Of a stretch of 64,000 bases of DNA, positions 62,599 through 64,000 are shown piece after piece. The notes beneath the pieces are model-generated. The model was not told the origin of the DNA. It was given only the letters and a program-made list of their open reading frames with translations, and did no database searches. A program made the translations under genes and the position numbers. Within the stretch, counting starts at the first letter, position 1, and each line of letters opens with the position of its first letter. The DNA is from Parasitella parasitica NRRL 2501 (taxonomy: Eukaryota; Fungi; Mucoromycota), in NCBI GenBank assembly GCA_025201805.1, contig MU619366.1, positions 12,006-76,005 on the forward strand. The letters are read 5' to 3'.

Positions 62599-64000
62599 AT
62601 GACAGCGTATACATTGCTAGAAAAAGAGCAGACCAAAAGAAAGCTATCTTACAGGTCGTGGTACATTTTGGGCATTAGCTTAACAGCTGCAGCTGTGGTA
62701 GGTTACTTTATCTTTGCATATCAACACATTGAAAGCGATCAGGATGCCGTTCCAGATGCAAATACAACAGTTCCAGTCAGATCAATCAACTTTACTGTCC
62801 CAACGCAAGAACAGCTCTATTTTGTCGACCTGGATAAATACCCAATTGAAGATAGTTTGATCCAAGCATTTCAAAAGAACACGGCGGATCTGGTCAAGAA
62901 AGTGACAATCGATAAACTACTGCGTCTACAGCATAGCAACGATCAGCGCATTGAGTCTTGGGCCGATCGTTGGCTGAGCAAGGACAATAATCAAACAAAC
63001 GCATCTACTTTTTCCTGCGACAACCAGCCATTGCCGTATCCGATTCTTCGCCATTTAGCAACTGAATATTTTCCATTAAAAAACGCAGATGGCTTCTATG
63101 ACCAAGACCAAGATATAGCATTCAGCTATGATTCGCCCATCTTACTACTACCGTTTGCAACGCATCCCAAGCTGGTTCAGGGAATGCAGCTTTGCATCCG
63201 GGTCCTGGTGCCTTTTCATAATGTTGGGAAGGACGACATCCATCGTTTGCTCTATAGACCGTATCCTCAGAACAACGCACAGCTCACAAGTCCTTGGTGG
63301 GACACAATGATGACTTCCCTAAGACATGTCCATACCAACGCTAGCATTCCTGTTCACATGCAGCCCTGGTCTGGACACCGCAATTTACGCCAGCGTACTC
63401 GAGAATTGAATCATGTAAATAATCAGATACCTGAATGGTCCCGACTGCGAGAAGATGAGCTGTATGAAAGAGAACGCACACATGTCTATGAAGCGCAGAT
63501 TACTCTACCTCACGAAGGCTCCTGGCAGCTATCCAGTTTACTGGAATTTGTCGAAGCACGATACAATTTTGAATATGGCCCGGTCTCGCCGTACAAGCCA
63601 ATACAAATACCTGTGTTTCCCACTAATCTTGAATATATAAACATCTCGTCAAATTCGCAACAAGAAAAGCCCATCAGAACTGACCAAGAAATTCTCAAAG
63701 AGCATCTTGCACTACCACTTTGCAAAGGCTTCAAAAACCCTGGCAGATGGCTCCCATTCCCTAAAAATAGCTCCCCCGAAGCTAACGATGAGCTGGCACA
63801 GCTTGTAGATCTAACCAGGGATGGAAAATACTGGGCTCCTTATTCGTGTCGTTTGCGCCATCTTTCCTACGAACAGTTCAATCGATGCGCGTCTAAAAAA
63901 TATCCCCGTGGGATGAACCTGTATGGTGATTCAAACACTCGCAGGTCGATCAAAAAGTTCTTGAGTCATGGTCAATGGTGCAAAGGATGGGAGAACCACA
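62599..64000 (+). CDS. Type II membrane protein with NXPE/PC-esterase (GDS) domain, putative O-acetyltransferase/esterase; continues beyond the window
   Basis: Open frame from ATG 62599 to the window end. N-terminal TM (WYILGISLTAAAVVGYFIFAY). Motifs LPLCK...PGRW...YWAPYSCRL...C...LYGDSNTRR. Confidence 0.8.
   Translation, partial: MTAYTLLEKEQTKRKLSYRSWYILGISLTAAAVVGYFIFAYQHIESDQDAVPDANTTVPVRSINFTVPTQEQLYFVDLDKYPIEDSLIQAFQKNTADLVKKVTIDKLLRLQHSNDQRIESWADRWLSKDNNQTNASTFSCDNQPLPYPILRHLATEYFPLKNADGFYDQDQDIAFSYDSPILLLPFATHPKLVQGMQLCIRVLVPFHNVGKDDIHRLLYRPYPQNNAQLTSPWWDTMMTSLRHVHTNASIPVHMQPWSGHRNLRQRTRELNHVNNQIPEWSRLREDELYERERTHVYEAQITLPHEGSWQLSSLLEFVEARYNFEYGPVSPYKPIQIPVFPTNLEYINISSNSQQEKPIRTDQEILKEHLALPLCKGFKNPGRWLPFPKNSSPEANDELAQLVDLTRDGKYWAPYSCRLRHLSYEQFNRCASKKYPRGMNLYGDSNTRRSIKKFLSHGQWCKGWENH

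Noticed and set aside
10038-64000. Glycosylation gene cluster (YEA4, GT fusion, NXPE-like)
   Set aside because: The genes are >20 kb apart and separated by unrelated housekeeping genes.
1-64000. tRNA, rRNA, CRISPR arrays, riboswitch
   Set aside because: None recognised by eye; tRNAscan-SE/Infernal were not run.

Overview
Eukaryotic, intron-rich fungal DNA. The short GT-AG introns, AT-rich intergenic DNA and gene and TE repertoire suggest Mucorales (inferred). About 1-10 kb is a gene-free transposon graveyard: a Ty3/gypsy gag cut by a CACTA-type element with TIRs and a 3-bp TSD, LTR-like relics, a LINE reverse-transcriptase fragment and decayed ORFs. About 10-57 kb is gene-dense. In order it holds: YEA4-like nucleotide-sugar transporter, AlkB-like dioxygenase, two related 4-TM genes, EH-domain protein, HAD-IIA hydrolase, PHO80-like cyclin, TIM10, AzgA purine permease, Tfb6-like protein, secreted two-domain protein, AGGF1-like protein, PQ-loop protein, RPS8, lipase, BAP31, HSP20, a large glycosyltransferase fusion, cystathionine beta-lyase, Rictor/Avo3, Mpo1, an alpha/beta hydrolase, GPx, ELP5 and an MCT-type MFS transporter. 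About 57.5-61.2 kb is a second TE-relic patch, followed by an acyl-protein thioesterase and an NXPE/PC-esterase-like gene that runs off the end. The top finding is a spliced gene of about 1032 aa joining an Eos1-like membrane domain, a GT31 domain, a GT32 domain and an Ig/cadherin-like tail. Other notable findings are an apparently obligatory 2-nt micro-exon, T(n)A(n) palindromes in introns, and a paralog pair revealed by shared exon structure. All family assignments come from recognising motifs by eye; no database searches were run.
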